NCBI GenBank assembly: GCA_045542735.1
Contig: JAZQLQ010000011.1
Coordinates: 38,404 to 102,403 of the forward strand
Length of the DNA: 64,000 nt
Direction: 5' to 3'
Source of the DNA: Lachnospiraceae bacterium
GTDB lineage: Bacteria; Bacillota; Clostridia; Lachnospirales; Lachnospiraceae
Shown here: piece by piece, positions 46,015 through 57,147 of the stretch
Position numbering within the stretch: the stretch's first letter is position 1
Layout of the letters: each line of letters starts with the position of its first letter
Position numbers and translations under genes: made by a program
The notes under the pieces: generated by a model
Databases searched by the model: none
Seen by the model: only the letters and a program-made list of their open reading frames with translations
What the model was told of the DNA's origin: nothing

Positions 46015-46176
46015 ATGAATCATTACAACCTGATTCATGACATTGGTAAAAATACCGAGAAATGCAATAAAGAAGCTATGGTTTTACGCGCCTTTCTGAT
46101 GATGGCTGAGTTTATGGAAGATCCCATTTCCTACGAAAAGAAATTAACCGGCCGCTTGCATCAGGACCGGTTATAA
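46015..46176 (+). CDS. possible 53-aa small protein (hypothetical)
   Basis: My own translation is MNHYNLIHDIGKNTEKCNKEAMVLRAFLMMAEFMEDPISYEKKLTGRLHQDRL. The RBS is weak (AAGGAA). It falls below the ORF-track cutoff. Confidence 0.3.
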   Translation: MNHYNLIHDIGKNTEKCNKEAMVLRAFLMMAEFMEDPISYEKKLTGRLHQDRL

Positions 46177-46199
46177 ATTTCTATATTCTATATTATTAT

Positions 46200-47024
46200 T
46201 TATTCTTCTGTTGTTTCTTCAACAGCTTCCTTAACCGGCTCTTCCTTCTCCAGATCATCTTCCTCAAAGGTTTTTGAACCAATTTTTGCCAAAGCTTCTT
46301 TTCTGGCAATGGCTTCTTTTTCTGCTTTTGCTAAAGCTGCAGCCTTTTCCTTGCGTTCTCTTTCTTCCTTCTGTGCCGCAAACTCAATATTTTCTTCCTG
46401 AGTTGTGGCTATCTTCTTAAACACTTTATTGACCGTATGGGATGTACCATATCCAATCAAACCAAAGAAAAGTAACAACCACATATACCATGTATTTAAT
46501 ATAATAAAAGCATAATTTAAAGATATAAAGACGGGCGCAAACCAAGCCACAAAAATCTTTGCCCAACTCCACAAGTTGCTGATAGAAAGCAAAAAGGCGT
46601 TTTTAAACGTATTCCATAACGTATTTTCAAAGGCGGCAATCAAAGGATACACAAAAGGGAAGGTAAGTACTGCCACTACAAACTCTATTACAAAAACAAC
46701 ACTGTAAAAGGATGAAATGGCTCCCTCTATATTGCCAATCATGGTATACATGCCCCATAAGGTCACAATAACAAATACTTCGATAAGCCAGGCAATGGTC
46801 GATTGCTTGAAATTGCTCTTAAAAGCTTCCCAAAAACCTCTAACCATATGTCCTTCTTCTTTACGTACCATCTTAAGTCCCATGGTATACATTGCTGATG
46901 TGGATGCACCAATTGTCACAACCGGAAGGCAGAATATCACAAACAATACATTTAATACAAATACGTTACCAAATACATCAAGCACCCGTATGAGTGGCGT
47001 ATTTTGATTTTGATCTTCTGTCAA
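46200..47024 (-). CDS. DUF624 (YesL-like) membrane protein with a K/E/A-rich C-terminal extension
   Basis: The N-terminus VLDVFGNVFVLNVLFVIFCLPVVTIGASTSAMY is typical of YesL. TTG start with an AGGAGG RBS 8 nt upstream. Confidence 0.75.
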   Translation of the reverse strand: MTEDQNQNTPLIRVLDVFGNVFVLNVLFVIFCLPVVTIGASTSAMYTMGLKMVRKEEGHMVRGFWEAFKSNFKQSTIAWLIEVFVIVTLWGMYTMIGNIEGAISSFYSVVFVIEFVVAVLTFPFVYPLIAAFENTLWNTFKNAFLLSISNLWSWAKIFVAWFAPVFISLNYAFIILNTWYMWLLLFFGLIGYGTSHTVNKVFKKIATTQEENIEFAAQKEERERKEKAAALAKAEKEAIARKEALAKIGSKTFEEDDLEKEEPVKEAVEETTEE

Positions 47025-47058
47025 GGTAATTACCTCCTATATCTTTTGTTCTTAGTAT

Positions 47059-48132
47059 TTACTGCTGATCAATGGACAAATTTCTTCTTGTCATATCTTT
47101 ACAAATTGCAGCAACGTCAACCTGCTCCAATACTGTCTGATCCGGCATAATATTACCGGCTCCGGATTGGGTCATCCAGCTTTCCTGCATGGTAGGTAAT
47201 AACTGATTCGCATTCTGATATGCAAGATAGCGGATCATATAATCTTTGTATTCCAAATCATCCGGATTATCCATACGAACTACCATATATCCTGCGTCAG
47301 TCTTTACAACCTCAGAAATATCACCTGTAGCTAAGCCTGCAACTACAGTATTCAATTCTCCTGCATAAGCACCTTCATAATTGCGCTCAATACCGGAACA
47401 ATGTGCAATGCCATACTCTGTCACCAAGTCTTCCATGGATTCACCTGCAAGCGCACGACTTCTCAACTCTTCAGCCTTTGCCAGTTGCTCTTTCATAACA
47501 TCTTCGGATAAGGGCACCGCATTACCTGCGTCATCTTTCATAGCATTACCTTCAGCATCATACTCAATACTGGGGAACAAAGCATAATATACCGTATGGA
47601 ATTTTAAATCCGCATAATCTTTTTCAAACTGTGCCAGATATTCCTCGGACAAATCAGACACTGCCTTATCTGTCATGGTATTAATATATGCCTGTCTTAC
47701 AAACAAATCTTCTACACAAGCCTGGTCAATACCATAGGTGCCAAGAAAATCTGCGCCAAAATAATTATAAAAATTCTCAGCAGATACCTTTGCCTCAGCC
47801 ATTTTTTCTTCACTTGGCTCAATTCCGGTTTCAACTGCTAACAAATATTCAACCACTTCCAATTTTAACTGCTTCATGGTTGTATCAATAATTCCTGCTT
47901 CAGCTATCTCTGTAACATCTGCCGCATCTAAAGAATTATTGTAGCAATACTGAATCAAATATAAATATGTCTCACTCAGAGTCACATCATAATCTTCAAT
48001 TGATAAAACAACAGTACTCTTTCCTTCTTCTACAGAGACTTTTTCTCCGGAGCATCCGGTTAATACACATGCCAACAACAACTGCATGCAAAGCACAACC
48101 GCTACCATTTTTTTACTAAATAATCTTTTCAT
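47059..48132 (-). CDS. PrsA/SurA-like lipoprotein with a parvulin-type PPIase-like domain
   Basis: Lipobox VLTGCSG and the parvulin-like end GDISEVVKTDAGYMVVRMDN. I set the start at MKRLFSKK (48132), 6 nt after GGAGG. Confidence 0.6.
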   Translation of the reverse strand: MKRLFSKKMVAVVLCMQLLLACVLTGCSGEKVSVEEGKSTVVLSIEDYDVTLSETYLYLIQYCYNNSLDAADVTEIAEAGIIDTTMKQLKLEVVEYLLAVETGIEPSEEKMAEAKVSAENFYNYFGADFLGTYGIDQACVEDLFVRQAYINTMTDKAVSDLSEEYLAQFEKDYADLKFHTVYYALFPSIEYDAEGNAMKDDAGNAVPLSEDVMKEQLAKAEELRSRALAGESMEDLVTEYGIAHCSGIERNYEGAYAGELNTVVAGLATGDISEVVKTDAGYMVVRMDNPDDLEYKDYMIRYLAYQNANQLLPTMQESWMTQSGAGNIMPDQTVLEQVDVAAICKDMTRRNLSIDQQ

Positions 48133-48290
48133 ATTCATCCTCCAAAGTGCCGAATTTCCTCTATATAACACAAACTTCATTATAATATAGTACCTGCCAA
48201 AAAACAATAAAAAAAGTGCAATTACACAGTTTTTTCACAAACCGCGCAATTGCACTTAAAGTCTTAATTATGTAAGAATAATACTTACGA

Positions 48291-49160
48291 TTACTCTTTT
48301 ACACCACCCAATGCTACACCGGCTACGATGTATTTAGATAATGCTAAGTAAGCAATCATAATCGGAAGAACTGTAATTAACAGACCTGCGTAGATTTCAC
48401 CGAAGTCACGTTTTTTATCGTTAGATTTCAAGCTTTCTACGAACATAGGCATAGTACCTAAATCTCTGTTACCACCTAACAAGATGGAAGGTGTATACAA
48501 GTTGTTCCAAGAAGCAACGAATGCGAAGATCGCCTGTGTTGCCATAGCGGGTTTAAGCAACGGAATACCGATAGTATTGAAAATCTTAAACTCGCCTGCA
48601 CCGTCAATACGTGCAGCTTCTACGATTTCTACAGACAAACCTGTCTGCATGTACTGTTTCATGAAGTAAACAGTAGTAGGAGCAGCCATAGCGGGCAAGA
48701 TCAAAGGTAAGAAGGTACCATACATACCTGTTAACTGACAAACCTTAATCAAACCAACGATGGATACCTGTGTAGGAATCATCATGATAGCGTAGATGAA
48801 TGCCCATGCAAGGTTTCTACCTTTGAAGTTATATACAGTCAAACCATAAGCTGTAAGAGATGCAAAGTATACCTGCAATACAGTTGTAGGAATGGTAATA
48901 ATTAAGGAGTTTTTCATAGCTCCCCATAAGGATACCATAGATGTAGCATCGGTCTTAACCATCAAGTTATGATAGTTGGTAAGGAAGTTCTTACCGGGTA
49001 ACCAGTGAAGACCCTGCTTGATAACGTTTGACTCTAATGTTGAGTTAATAATCAAAACATAGAAAGGGAAGATAGCCAACAAACATAACAGAATACAAAT
49101 AACGTATCTGAAAATCGCTGTGCCACTAACTTTCTTTGTATTTTTTTTGTTAGTTTCCAT
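48291..49160 (-). CDS. carbohydrate ABC transporter permease (MalG-like)
   Basis: Six TM helices and the EAA loop EAARIDGAGEFKIF. Confidence 0.9.
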   Translation of the reverse strand: METNKKNTKKVSGTAIFRYVICILLCLLAIFPFYVLIINSTLESNVIKQGLHWLPGKNFLTNYHNLMVKTDATSMVSLWGAMKNSLIITIPTTVLQVYFASLTAYGLTVYNFKGRNLAWAFIYAIMMIPTQVSIVGLIKVCQLTGMYGTFLPLILPAMAAPTTVYFMKQYMQTGLSVEIVEAARIDGAGEFKIFNTIGIPLLKPAMATQAIFAFVASWNNLYTPSILLGGNRDLGTMPMFVESLKSNDKKRDFGEIYAGLLITVLPIMIAYLALSKYIVAGVALGGVKE

Positions 49161-49180
49161 TATCTCTTCTACCTCCTATC

Positions 49181-50119
49181 CTAGTTCTTCTCATCTGTCA
49201 GTTTGTAGAATACCATACTAACTACAAGAGTAATAGCAAACAGGATAATAGAATATGCTGATGCTCTACCAAAGTTCTGCTTATTACCACCACTTACGTA
49301 GGATTTAATCAACATAACGATAGTTGTTGTGGACATAACTGCAGAATCACCCATCTGTACAACCGGGCCACCCTTGTTTAACAAGGCAGGAATATCGTAC
49401 ATCTGCAAACCACCGATAGCAGAAGTTACCATTGTAAACTGCAAAATCGGTTTCAACAACGGAACAGTAATCTTGAAGAACTGCTGTCTGGAAGATGCAC
49501 CGTCAACCATTGCTGCTTCATATAAGGAAGGATTGATACCCAAAATACCTGCAATCAATACGATCATAGTATTTCCATACCACATCCAGAACTGAATAAA
49601 TGCGATGATGAGCAAGGTCCACCAGCCTTTATTCAAGACAGTCTCTGTCTCTCCTACAATTCCCATAGAACGCATAACGCCTGTCATAGAACCATGTACG
49701 TCAAACAAACTGAAGAACAATACGGCGATAGTAGCCGCTGTAATGATGTTAGGCATGTACATGATAACTTTATAAGCACCCATTCCTTTTAATTTGCAAC
49801 GGATATCTGTAAACCATGCTGCAAGTAATAAAGATAAAAGGATCTGAGGGATAAAATTCAACAACCACATTACAACTGTAACCGCAATTGCATACCAAAC
49901 TTCTCCACCGCCGGCATCACCAAATACGTAATTTACGTAGTTGCCAAGACCAAATACTTCAGTAACCGCATTTCTGCCTTTTTTCTCTTCATAAATGAAG
50001 GATCTGAAGAATGTGTAAATCAGTGGATAAAATTGAAAAATTAAAAAAGTAATAAAGAATGGTGTGATAAAATATACACCATACTTTCCATATTCAACCG
50101 TTTTCTTTTTAGTTTTCAC
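49181..50119 (-). CDS. carbohydrate ABC transporter permease (MalF-like)
   Basis: EAA loop EAAMVDGASSRQQFFKIT. I chose a GTG start (VKTKKKTVEYG) because GGGAGTG lies 5 nt upstream, while the longer ORF-track N-terminus has no RBS. Confidence 0.85.
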   Translation of the reverse strand: MKTKKKTVEYGKYGVYFITPFFITFLIFQFYPLIYTFFRSFIYEEKKGRNAVTEVFGLGNYVNYVFGDAGGGEVWYAIAVTVVMWLLNFIPQILLSLLLAAWFTDIRCKLKGMGAYKVIMYMPNIITAATIAVLFFSLFDVHGSMTGVMRSMGIVGETETVLNKGWWTLLIIAFIQFWMWYGNTMIVLIAGILGINPSLYEAAMVDGASSRQQFFKITVPLLKPILQFTMVTSAIGGLQMYDIPALLNKGGPVVQMGDSAVMSTTTIVMLIKSYVSGGNKQNFGRASAYSIILFAITLVVSMVFYKLTDEKN

Positions 50120-50263
50120 ACCGTCACTCCCAATCAGTAATAAATTCAACCCAAAACTCTTACTTTTCACCGAAGAAATTCTCTTCTTTTTAAAACTATG
50201 CACCGATATGCCGTAGCATACCGATGCATAGCTAAAAGTTACTTAATATTTACACTAAGCAGA

Positions 50264-51694
50264 TTATTCTACTGTGATGTAATCGTAAGATTTTGCAACT
50301 TCATCTTTTACATACTGAACAGCATCTTCAGCAGTTGCTAAAGTACCTTCGTTGTAAGCGATGGAAGCCTGGTCCATGATTACTTTCAAAGCGGAATCCA
50401 TGTATGTAGCGTTGCTTAAGTCGATCTTTGTAGCAGCTTCTGCCCATGTTTCAACAGGGTTCTGTCCGCCTAAGATGTCTGCAGCACCTTTGCCATCAGC
50501 AATGATGTTAGCAACAGCTTCTTTGTTGTTTACGAAGTCCATAGTTTCAGCTTCGATTGTGTACATGATTTCAGGATCACAGCATAAGGAGTAAAGTAAG
50601 AATGCTGCTAACTCTGTGTTAGGACAATCAGCACCAACTGCGATATATGTACCACCCCAGTGATATCCTACAGGGCCTTCACATACTCTCCAGTCACCGA
50701 ATGTAGATGTTTCACTGTCTTCTGTTGTAGCGATACACCAGTAAACGAACCATGTACATCCGAAGTAACCGAATACGTCACCTTCGAAGTTTGCGGACCA
50801 AGCGTCAGACCACATAGATGTCTGATCTGTGTATCCACCATCGTATAATTTTTTAGCTGTCTCGAAGTAATCTGTTACGCAAGAGTCAAGAGTTAATGTC
50901 TCTGTACCATCTTCTGCAACTGTTACCCAAGGCTGTGTCTGCTGATCCCAGATAGCGTATTTAACATCGTCGGGACCGGAAAGCATTGTGTAACCAGCTT
51001 CTTTCATCTTGTCAGCTGTAGCGAAGAATGTATCCCAATCTTTAACTGCTTCCTGAACGTCAGCAGGATCGGAAGATCCAAGTACTTCTTCAGCGATAGA
51101 TGCACGATATGTGAAGTTACCAGGAGCTGCCTGCCATGTTAAAGCTTTCAACTCTCCGTTGTATGTAGCGTAATCTTTTGTATACTGATAAGCGTTTGCA
51201 TACATCTCATCTGTGATACCGATTGCTGCCATAGATAATGTAGCGTCTGTCTCTGTGTAGTATTTAGCTACATCGTTGTCAGCTGCGATTAAGGAAGGAT
51301 ATTTGTCGCCACCAGCCATAGCTGTGTCAACTAATTCCTGATATGTTCCGTCTGTACCGGAAACACCTAAGTTAACGTACTCAACGTAGTCGCTGTATTC
51401 AGGATATTTGTCTAAAACAAACTGTAAACGGCTACCGAACTCATCGTTCCAAGAGTAAGCATAGATTTTTTTGGACTCATCCCATCCTTCTGTGCTGGGA
51501 GCTTCCATAGCAGCTGCTTCAACAACTTCGTTTGTATCTTCTACAACGGGTTCTTCTTCAGCTTCAGCTTCAGGAGCTGCTTCTTCTGTTGTGTTGTCAG
51601 CTTCAGGAGCTGCTTCTTCTGTTCCGCCACATCCAACTAATAAGGATGCTACCATAGCTACGGAAAGAACTACACTTAATAATTTCTTTTTCAT
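50264..51694 (-). CDS. carbohydrate ABC transporter substrate-binding lipoprotein
   Basis: Lipobox LLVGCGG, an acidic linker and a family-1 SBP size. RBS GAGGAGGAA. Confidence 0.85.
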   Translation of the reverse strand: MKKKLLSVVLSVAMVASLLVGCGGTEEAAPEADNTTEEAAPEAEAEEEPVVEDTNEVVEAAAMEAPSTEGWDESKKIYAYSWNDEFGSRLQFVLDKYPEYSDYVEYVNLGVSGTDGTYQELVDTAMAGGDKYPSLIAADNDVAKYYTETDATLSMAAIGITDEMYANAYQYTKDYATYNGELKALTWQAAPGNFTYRASIAEEVLGSSDPADVQEAVKDWDTFFATADKMKEAGYTMLSGPDDVKYAIWDQQTQPWVTVAEDGTETLTLDSCVTDYFETAKKLYDGGYTDQTSMWSDAWSANFEGDVFGYFGCTWFVYWCIATTEDSETSTFGDWRVCEGPVGYHWGGTYIAVGADCPNTELAAFLLYSLCCDPEIMYTIEAETMDFVNNKEAVANIIADGKGAADILGGQNPVETWAEAATKIDLSNATYMDSALKVIMDQASIAYNEGTLATAEDAVQYVKDEVAKSYDYITVE

Positions 51695-51982
51695 TCTTTT
51701 TGTTCCTCCTCTAAAAGATTGTTTGAAATAAGTGTGTTAATAGTTCGCCAAAGCACGGTATGTGCCCTAGCAAGACTTACTTTATTACATTTTATCCAAA
51801 ATTGCAAGAGTTTTGTTGTATTTTTTGTACATTTTACCCCTTTTTGGTAGTATTTCACAGTTTTGGCATTCTCTTTTTTGTGGTTTTGTACACAGTTTGT
51901 TCATATTTTATTCACATTTGTGTTTTCTCTTTCATTACATATATATGTATCCTTCTTTTTTTATATACATCGCTGATTTCTC

Positions 51983-52011
51983 TTGATTTTATATATCTGT
52001 TTTTGTATAAT
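51983..52011 (+). promoter_or_regulatory. sigma-A promoter of the cellobiose phosphorylase gene
   Basis: TTGATT (51983-51988) - 17 nt - TATAAT (52006-52011). Confidence 0.45.
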
Positions 52012-52071
52012 TTTCATGTGGATTGCCTTGGGGGGTAGTCCTAACAATACATATTGAAAGGAAATTGGATT

Positions 52072-54507
52072 ATGAAATTTGGTTACTTCGATGACGCCAA
52101 TAAGGAATACGTCATCACCACACCCAAGACCCCGCTTCCTTGGATCAACTACTTAGGATGCAATGACTTCTTTACATTGATCTCCAACACATGCGGTGGT
52201 TATACCTTTTATAAGGATGCAAAATTATTAAGAATTACCCGTTACCGTTATAACGATGTTCCCTTGGACATCAACGGCAAATACTTCTATATTAAGGATG
52301 GCGATACTGTATGGAATCCCGGTTGGAAACCTACACAGACAGACCTCGATGAGTACGAATGCCGTCATGGTATCGGATATTCCAAATTTAAAGGCGTGAA
52401 AAACGGCGTGGAAGCAAATGTACTTACTTTTGTTCCCATGAGCGATGCTTGTGAAGTAAGCCGTTTGACTGTTACAAACAACAGTGATGCTTCCAAAGAA
52501 TTAAAATTATTCTCTTATGTAGAATGGTGTCTGTGGAATGCAGATGACGATTCCAGAAACTTCCAGAGAAACTTAAGTACCGGCGAAGTTGAAGTGATCG
52601 GTTCTACTATTTATCACAAAACAGAGTACAGAGAGCGTCGTAATCACTACGCAGTTTACTCTGTAAACGCTCCCATCGATGGTTTTGATACAAGCCGTGA
52701 CGAGTTCTTAGGCGCTTATCGTGGCGTGAATGATCCTGAGGTTGTTGCAAACGGACAGGCTAACAACTCCGTAGCAAGCGGATGGTCTCCCATTGCTTCT
52801 CACCAGATCAACGTTACATTAGCTCCCGGAGAGAGCAAATCCTTCGTATTCGTACTTGGTTACTGCGAGAACCCTGTAGAAGATAAATGGGAAGCTCCCG
52901 GCATCATTAAAAAAGATCCCGCAAACGCATTACTTGCAAAATACCAGACAGATGCAGATGTAGACAAAGCTTTTGCTGAGTTACAGACATACTGGGATGG
53001 TTTACTTTCCAAATATACTGTTAAATCTTCCAACGACAAAGTTGACCGTATGGTTAACATCTGGAACCAGTATCAGTGTATGGTTACCTTCAACATGTCC
53101 CGTTCCGCTTCTTATTATGAATCCGGTATCGGCCGTGGTATGGGCTTCCGTGACTCTTGTCAGGACTTGCTTGGTTTCGTACACCTGATTCCCGAACGTG
53201 CAAGAGGCCGTATCATCGATATCGCTTCTACACAGTTTGAAGATGGTAGTGCTTATCACCAGTATCAGCCTCTTACCAAAAAAGGTAATGCAGATATCGG
53301 TTCCGGCTTCAACGATGACCCGTTGTGGTTAATCGCAGGAACAAGCGCATACATCCGTGAAAGCGGCGATATGTCCATCTTAGATGAAATGGTTCCTTTC
53401 GATAATGACGAAAGCAAAGCTACTCCTTTGTTGAACCACTTAAAACGTTCCTTTGATTACATCGTAAATCACAAAGGACCTCACAACTTACCTTTGATCG
53501 GACGTGCTGACTGGAATGACTGTCTGAACTTAAACTGCTTCTCCGAGCATCCCGGTGAATCCTTCCAGACATTCGGACCTTCCGAAGGACCTGTTGCTGA
53601 ATCCGTATTTATCGGTGGTATGTTTGTAAAATATGGTTTAGAGTATGCTGAGCTCTGCGAGTTAAAAGGTGATCAGGCTGAAGCTGATTACGCTCGTGCA
53701 GAAGTTGAGAAAATGAGAGAAGCTCTCTTAAAAGATGGTTGGGACGGCGAATGGTTCGTTCGTGCATACGATGCATACAGCCAGAAGATCGGTTCCAAAG
53801 AGTGTGAAGAAGGACAGATCTTCATCGAGCCTCAGGGCTTCTGTGTATTGGCAGGTGTTGGTGTTGAGACCGGCGAAGCTAAGAAAGCACTTGATTCTGT
53901 TAAAGAAAAATTGGATACCCAGTATGGTATCATGATTTTACAGCCTGCTTACACCAAATATCACTTAGAGCTTGGTGAAGTTACCTCTTATCCTCCGGGA
54001 TACAAAGAGAACGCAGGTATCTTCTGCCACAACAACCCTTGGGTTTCCATCGCTGAGACCGTAATCGGACGTGGTGACAGAGCTTTCGAGATTTACCAGA
54101 AAACTTGTCCTGCTTACGTAGAAGAGTTTAGTGAAATTCACAGAACAGAGCCTTATGTATATGCACAGATGATCGCAGGTGCAGATGCTAAATTCCACGG
54201 CGAAGCTAAGAACTCCTGGTTAACAGGTACAGCTGCTTGGACATTTGTAAACATCTCCCAGTACATCTTGGGTGTATACCCTACACACAAAGGTCTTTCC
54301 ATCGATCCTTGTGTACCTACAGGCTTTGGTGATTTCGAAATTACTCGTCAGTTCCGTGAAGGAACATACAACATCAAAGTTGTAAACCCCAACAACGTAG
54401 AAAAAGGTGTTGCTAGCATGACTGTAGACGGCGTAGCTGTTGAAGGTTGTGTAGTTCCTTACGTAAAAGGTAAAGAATCCTACGACGTAGTTGTAACCAT
54501 GGGCTAA
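52072..54507 (+). CDS. cellobiose/cellodextrin phosphorylase (GH94)
   Basis: About 811 aa with the N-terminus [29 protein letters not shown], which is typical of cellobiose phosphorylases. I set the start at the ATG at 52072. Confidence 0.9.
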   Translation: MKFGYFDDANKEYVITTPKTPLPWINYLGCNDFFTLISNTCGGYTFYKDAKLLRITRYRYNDVPLDINGKYFYIKDGDTVWNPGWKPTQTDLDEYECRHGIGYSKFKGVKNGVEANVLTFVPMSDACEVSRLTVTNNSDASKELKLFSYVEWCLWNADDDSRNFQRNLSTGEVEVIGSTIYHKTEYRERRNHYAVYSVNAPIDGFDTSRDEFLGAYRGVNDPEVVANGQANNSVASGWSPIASHQINVTLAPGESKSFVFVLGYCENPVEDKWEAPGIIKKDPANALLAKYQTDADVDKAFAELQTYWDGLLSKYTVKSSNDKVDRMVNIWNQYQCMVTFNMSRSASYYESGIGRGMGFRDSCQDLLGFVHLIPERARGRIIDIASTQFEDGSAYHQYQPLTKKGNADIGSGFNDDPLWLIAGTSAYIRESGDMSILDEMVPFDNDESKATPLLNHLKRSFDYIVNHKGPHNLPLIGRADWNDCLNLNCFSEHPGESFQTFGPSEGPVAESVFIGGMFVKYGLEYAELCELKGDQAEADYARAEVEKMREALLKDGWDGEWFVRAYDAYSQKIGSKECEEGQIFIEPQGFCVLAGVGVETGEAKKALDSVKEKLDTQYGIMILQPAYTKYHLELGEVTSYPPGYKENAGIFCHNNPWVSIAETVIGRGDRAFEIYQKTCPAYVEEFSEIHRTEPYVYAQMIAGADAKFHGEAKNSWLTGTAAWTFVNISQYILGVYPTHKGLSIDPCVPTGFGDFEITRQFREGTYNIKVVNPNNVEKGVASMTVDGVAVEGCVVPYVKGKESYDVVVTMG

Positions 54508-54525
54508 TTTCCATCATATAAATAA

Positions 54526-54556
54526 GGCAGCGTCACATGACGCTGCCTTTTGTTTT
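54526..54556. terminator. bidirectional terminator between the GH94 gene and cls
   Basis: ggcagcg-tcacatga-cgctgcc followed by ttttgtttt. Confidence 0.7.
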
Positions 54557-56141
54557 ACATTAACGGTGCAAATAACCTTCCCACCTTGCCACGGACTCTG
54601 TTAAAGAAAGGAATCCTTTTATAATCCTCTTCTTTAAATCGTTGACACCGGTCAAAAGTCTTCATAAAATCTGCCTTAATTTCCCTTATAGCCGGATTAC
54701 CATATATAAATGTGGCACATTCATAATGCTCATATAGACTTCTAAAGTCCAGATTAATAGTTCCCACTACCGCTCTGTCATCATCTGATATAAACATCTT
54801 GGCATGGACAAATCCCGGCGTAAATTCATAGATTTTAACCCCCGCATCCAACAACTGCAGATAATAGGTATGTGCAATATCAAAGGCCGTTTTCTTATCC
54901 GGTATATGCGGCATGATGATACGCACATCCACACCACGTTGTGCTGCAAACCGAAGTGCCGTGATAATCTCATTTTCCGGTATCAGATAGGGAGTCATAA
55001 TATAGACGTAGTTTTGTGCTTTGTTTAAAATATCCAGATAGACGCCCTCTGCAATATCTTCACCATTACAAGGATCATCGTTGTACGGAATCACATAGCC
55101 CTGATTACCGGATAGCACAGGGTCACAGTCCACACACAGATACTTCTCGTAATTCTCCATACCGGGCTCCATCATATTCCACATCTGCAAAAACATGGCT
55201 GTGAAGCTTTTTACCGCATCGCCCTTCAATTTAATTGCGGTATCCTTCCAATAACCAAAGCGTTCAATATAATTCATATATTCATCCGCCAGATTGATAC
55301 CACCGTTATATGCCACCTTTCCATCAATAACCAAAATCTTCCGATGGTCTCTATAATTTTGATGGGATGACAAGAACGGCATCACCGGTGCAAACTCTTT
55401 TGCCTGAATCCCTTTTTTCTTTAATTGCTCCGGATAATTATGGGGCAATTTGAGGATAGAATTAAAGCCATCGTATAGGAGGCGGACTTCAACGCCCTCT
55501 GCTGCTTTTTCCTCCAGAATCTCCAGTACTTCATCCCAGACACGGCCGGGATTAATAATAAAATACTCCAGAAAAATAAATTTCTCCGCTTTTTTTAGTT
55601 CCGGTATCATATCCAGAAATTTTTGCTCTCCGTCTGAGAAATACGTAATTGCCGTTTTATCATAGGTGGGAAAGCCATTAATATATTGGATGTAGTAGGA
55701 TATATCCGTAATCGGCGCCTTTTCCTCCCACATCCGCTGTATCACATGCTCATCCGGCTCCAGATAGGGCTTCGTCTCTTCAATGCGTTTATGCAATCCT
55801 TTCTTCATACCCATCCTGGCAGGGTTCACTTGGATAAACAAATACAACATAGCTCCAAAAATTGGAATCAGACAAAGGGGAAGCATCCATGTCAGCTTGA
55901 ATGCCGGATTCTCATCACTGTTGATAATGATTACAACCAAAACCGCAGCCAATATATTAAAGGAATACAGCACCCACTTACTGTTGACTCCCATTTTACC
56001 GAATATCCCTATCAAAAAGATGATTTGTACAATCATCAAAAGTGCCGTTAGCATGACACGACTAAAAATCAATTTCATCAAGGCATTTTGACTCTTATTT
56101 TTTACAAAAGTAGCCTGCCTTCTGATTTGTCCTTTTTTCAT
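54555..56141 (-). CDS. cls: cardiolipin synthase
   Basis: Two HKD motifs (HRKILVIDG and HAKMFISDD) and N-terminal TM helices. I set the start at MKKGQI (56141), which has an AGGAG RBS. Confidence 0.9.
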   Translation of the reverse strand: MKKGQIRRQATFVKNKSQNALMKLIFSRVMLTALLMIVQIIFLIGIFGKMGVNSKWVLYSFNILAAVLVVIIINSDENPAFKLTWMLPLCLIPIFGAMLYLFIQVNPARMGMKKGLHKRIEETKPYLEPDEHVIQRMWEEKAPITDISYYIQYINGFPTYDKTAITYFSDGEQKFLDMIPELKKAEKFIFLEYFIINPGRVWDEVLEILEEKAAEGVEVRLLYDGFNSILKLPHNYPEQLKKKGIQAKEFAPVMPFLSSHQNYRDHRKILVIDGKVAYNGGINLADEYMNYIERFGYWKDTAIKLKGDAVKSFTAMFLQMWNMMEPGMENYEKYLCVDCDPVLSGNQGYVIPYNDDPCNGEDIAEGVYLDILNKAQNYVYIMTPYLIPENEIITALRFAAQRGVDVRIIMPHIPDKKTAFDIAHTYYLQLLDAGVKIYEFTPGFVHAKMFISDDDRAVVGTINLDFRSLYEHYECATFIYGNPAIREIKADFMKTFDRCQRFKEEDYKRIPFFNRVRGKVGRLFAPLM

Positions 56142-56331
56142 ACAACTCACTCCTGCACCATTGCCATCTCATATTATGTATGCCACATTTCTATATACGT
56201 TCATTCTATCACATCAAAGTATAAATAAAAAATTATAATTTTCTAAACAAATGTATTGTTATCTTGTGGAAATGGTTTTGTTTTTATGCAATAATAGCTG
56301 TAAGGGACAAACGATAAAAGGAGAATTGCAT

Positions 56332-57147
56332 ATGAAAGGCTATCTTTCCATCGGAAAAGTATCAAAACGCAAAAATGTCAGTATCAAATCTCTTCGCTAT
56401 TATGATGAGATTGGTATTTTTAAGCCGGCGCTGACAGACCACACAACAGGCTATCGTTATTATAAAGAAGAGCAGTTGTATATTTTGGATGCAATTTCTC
56501 TCTGCGTGGAATTGGGGATTCCGTTAAAAAACATGTCTGAATACTGTGACAAAAACGGCAAACCGGATTTGCAACGTTTACTGGGTGATGCCAAATTGCT
56601 GGCAGAGCAAAAAATCCGTTCCATGTATCGTTCCCTCGAGACCTTACAGACTACCATGAATGCATTGGAGCATCATCCCAACGTGTCAGTCCCGGATGGT
56701 TGTCAGTTAAAGACTATGCTGTCCCGTACTGTTTTGACGGTACCTTTTGACGAGTTTACAGACGCCAACCATTATAATCCCAAACTGTTAACACTCTTTG
56801 TGACTGCCCAGCGGCAGGGACTGGCTGCTTCCTATCCTTCCGGTCTGATTTATGACTATCACAAAGGCCAGGTACAAAAATATGTCTTTATCCATGTGGC
56901 TCCTCTTGCAGGCGGAGATACAGATAAGGCCCCCGGCAACTGGGGAAAACACATTGAGGGACTCCGTACACTGCCTTCCGGTACATATGTGTGTTGTCAG
57001 AACAGCACGCATGAAATAGAAAATGCGCCTTCCGTATTCAAACTGGATAAAAGCGCATTAAAAAATTGTACAATTATTGAGTCCGATCTGCTGGCGGAGG
57101 AAAAAGCCCAGACCGGCATGAATTATGAAGTACAGATATTAAATTGA
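56332..57147 (+). CDS. MerR-family transcriptional regulator with a C-terminal effector-binding (GyrI-like) domain
   Basis: HTH LSIGKVSKRKNVSIKSLRYYDEIGIF. I set the start at MKGYLS, which has an AAAGGAGA RBS. Confidence 0.75.
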   Translation: MKGYLSIGKVSKRKNVSIKSLRYYDEIGIFKPALTDHTTGYRYYKEEQLYILDAISLCVELGIPLKNMSEYCDKNGKPDLQRLLGDAKLLAEQKIRSMYRSLETLQTTMNALEHHPNVSVPDGCQLKTMLSRTVLTVPFDEFTDANHYNPKLLTLFVTAQRQGLAASYPSGLIYDYHKGQVQKYVFIHVAPLAGGDTDKAPGNWGKHIEGLRTLPSGTYVCCQNSTHEIENAPSVFKLDKSALKNCTIIESDLLAEEKAQTGMNYEVQILN

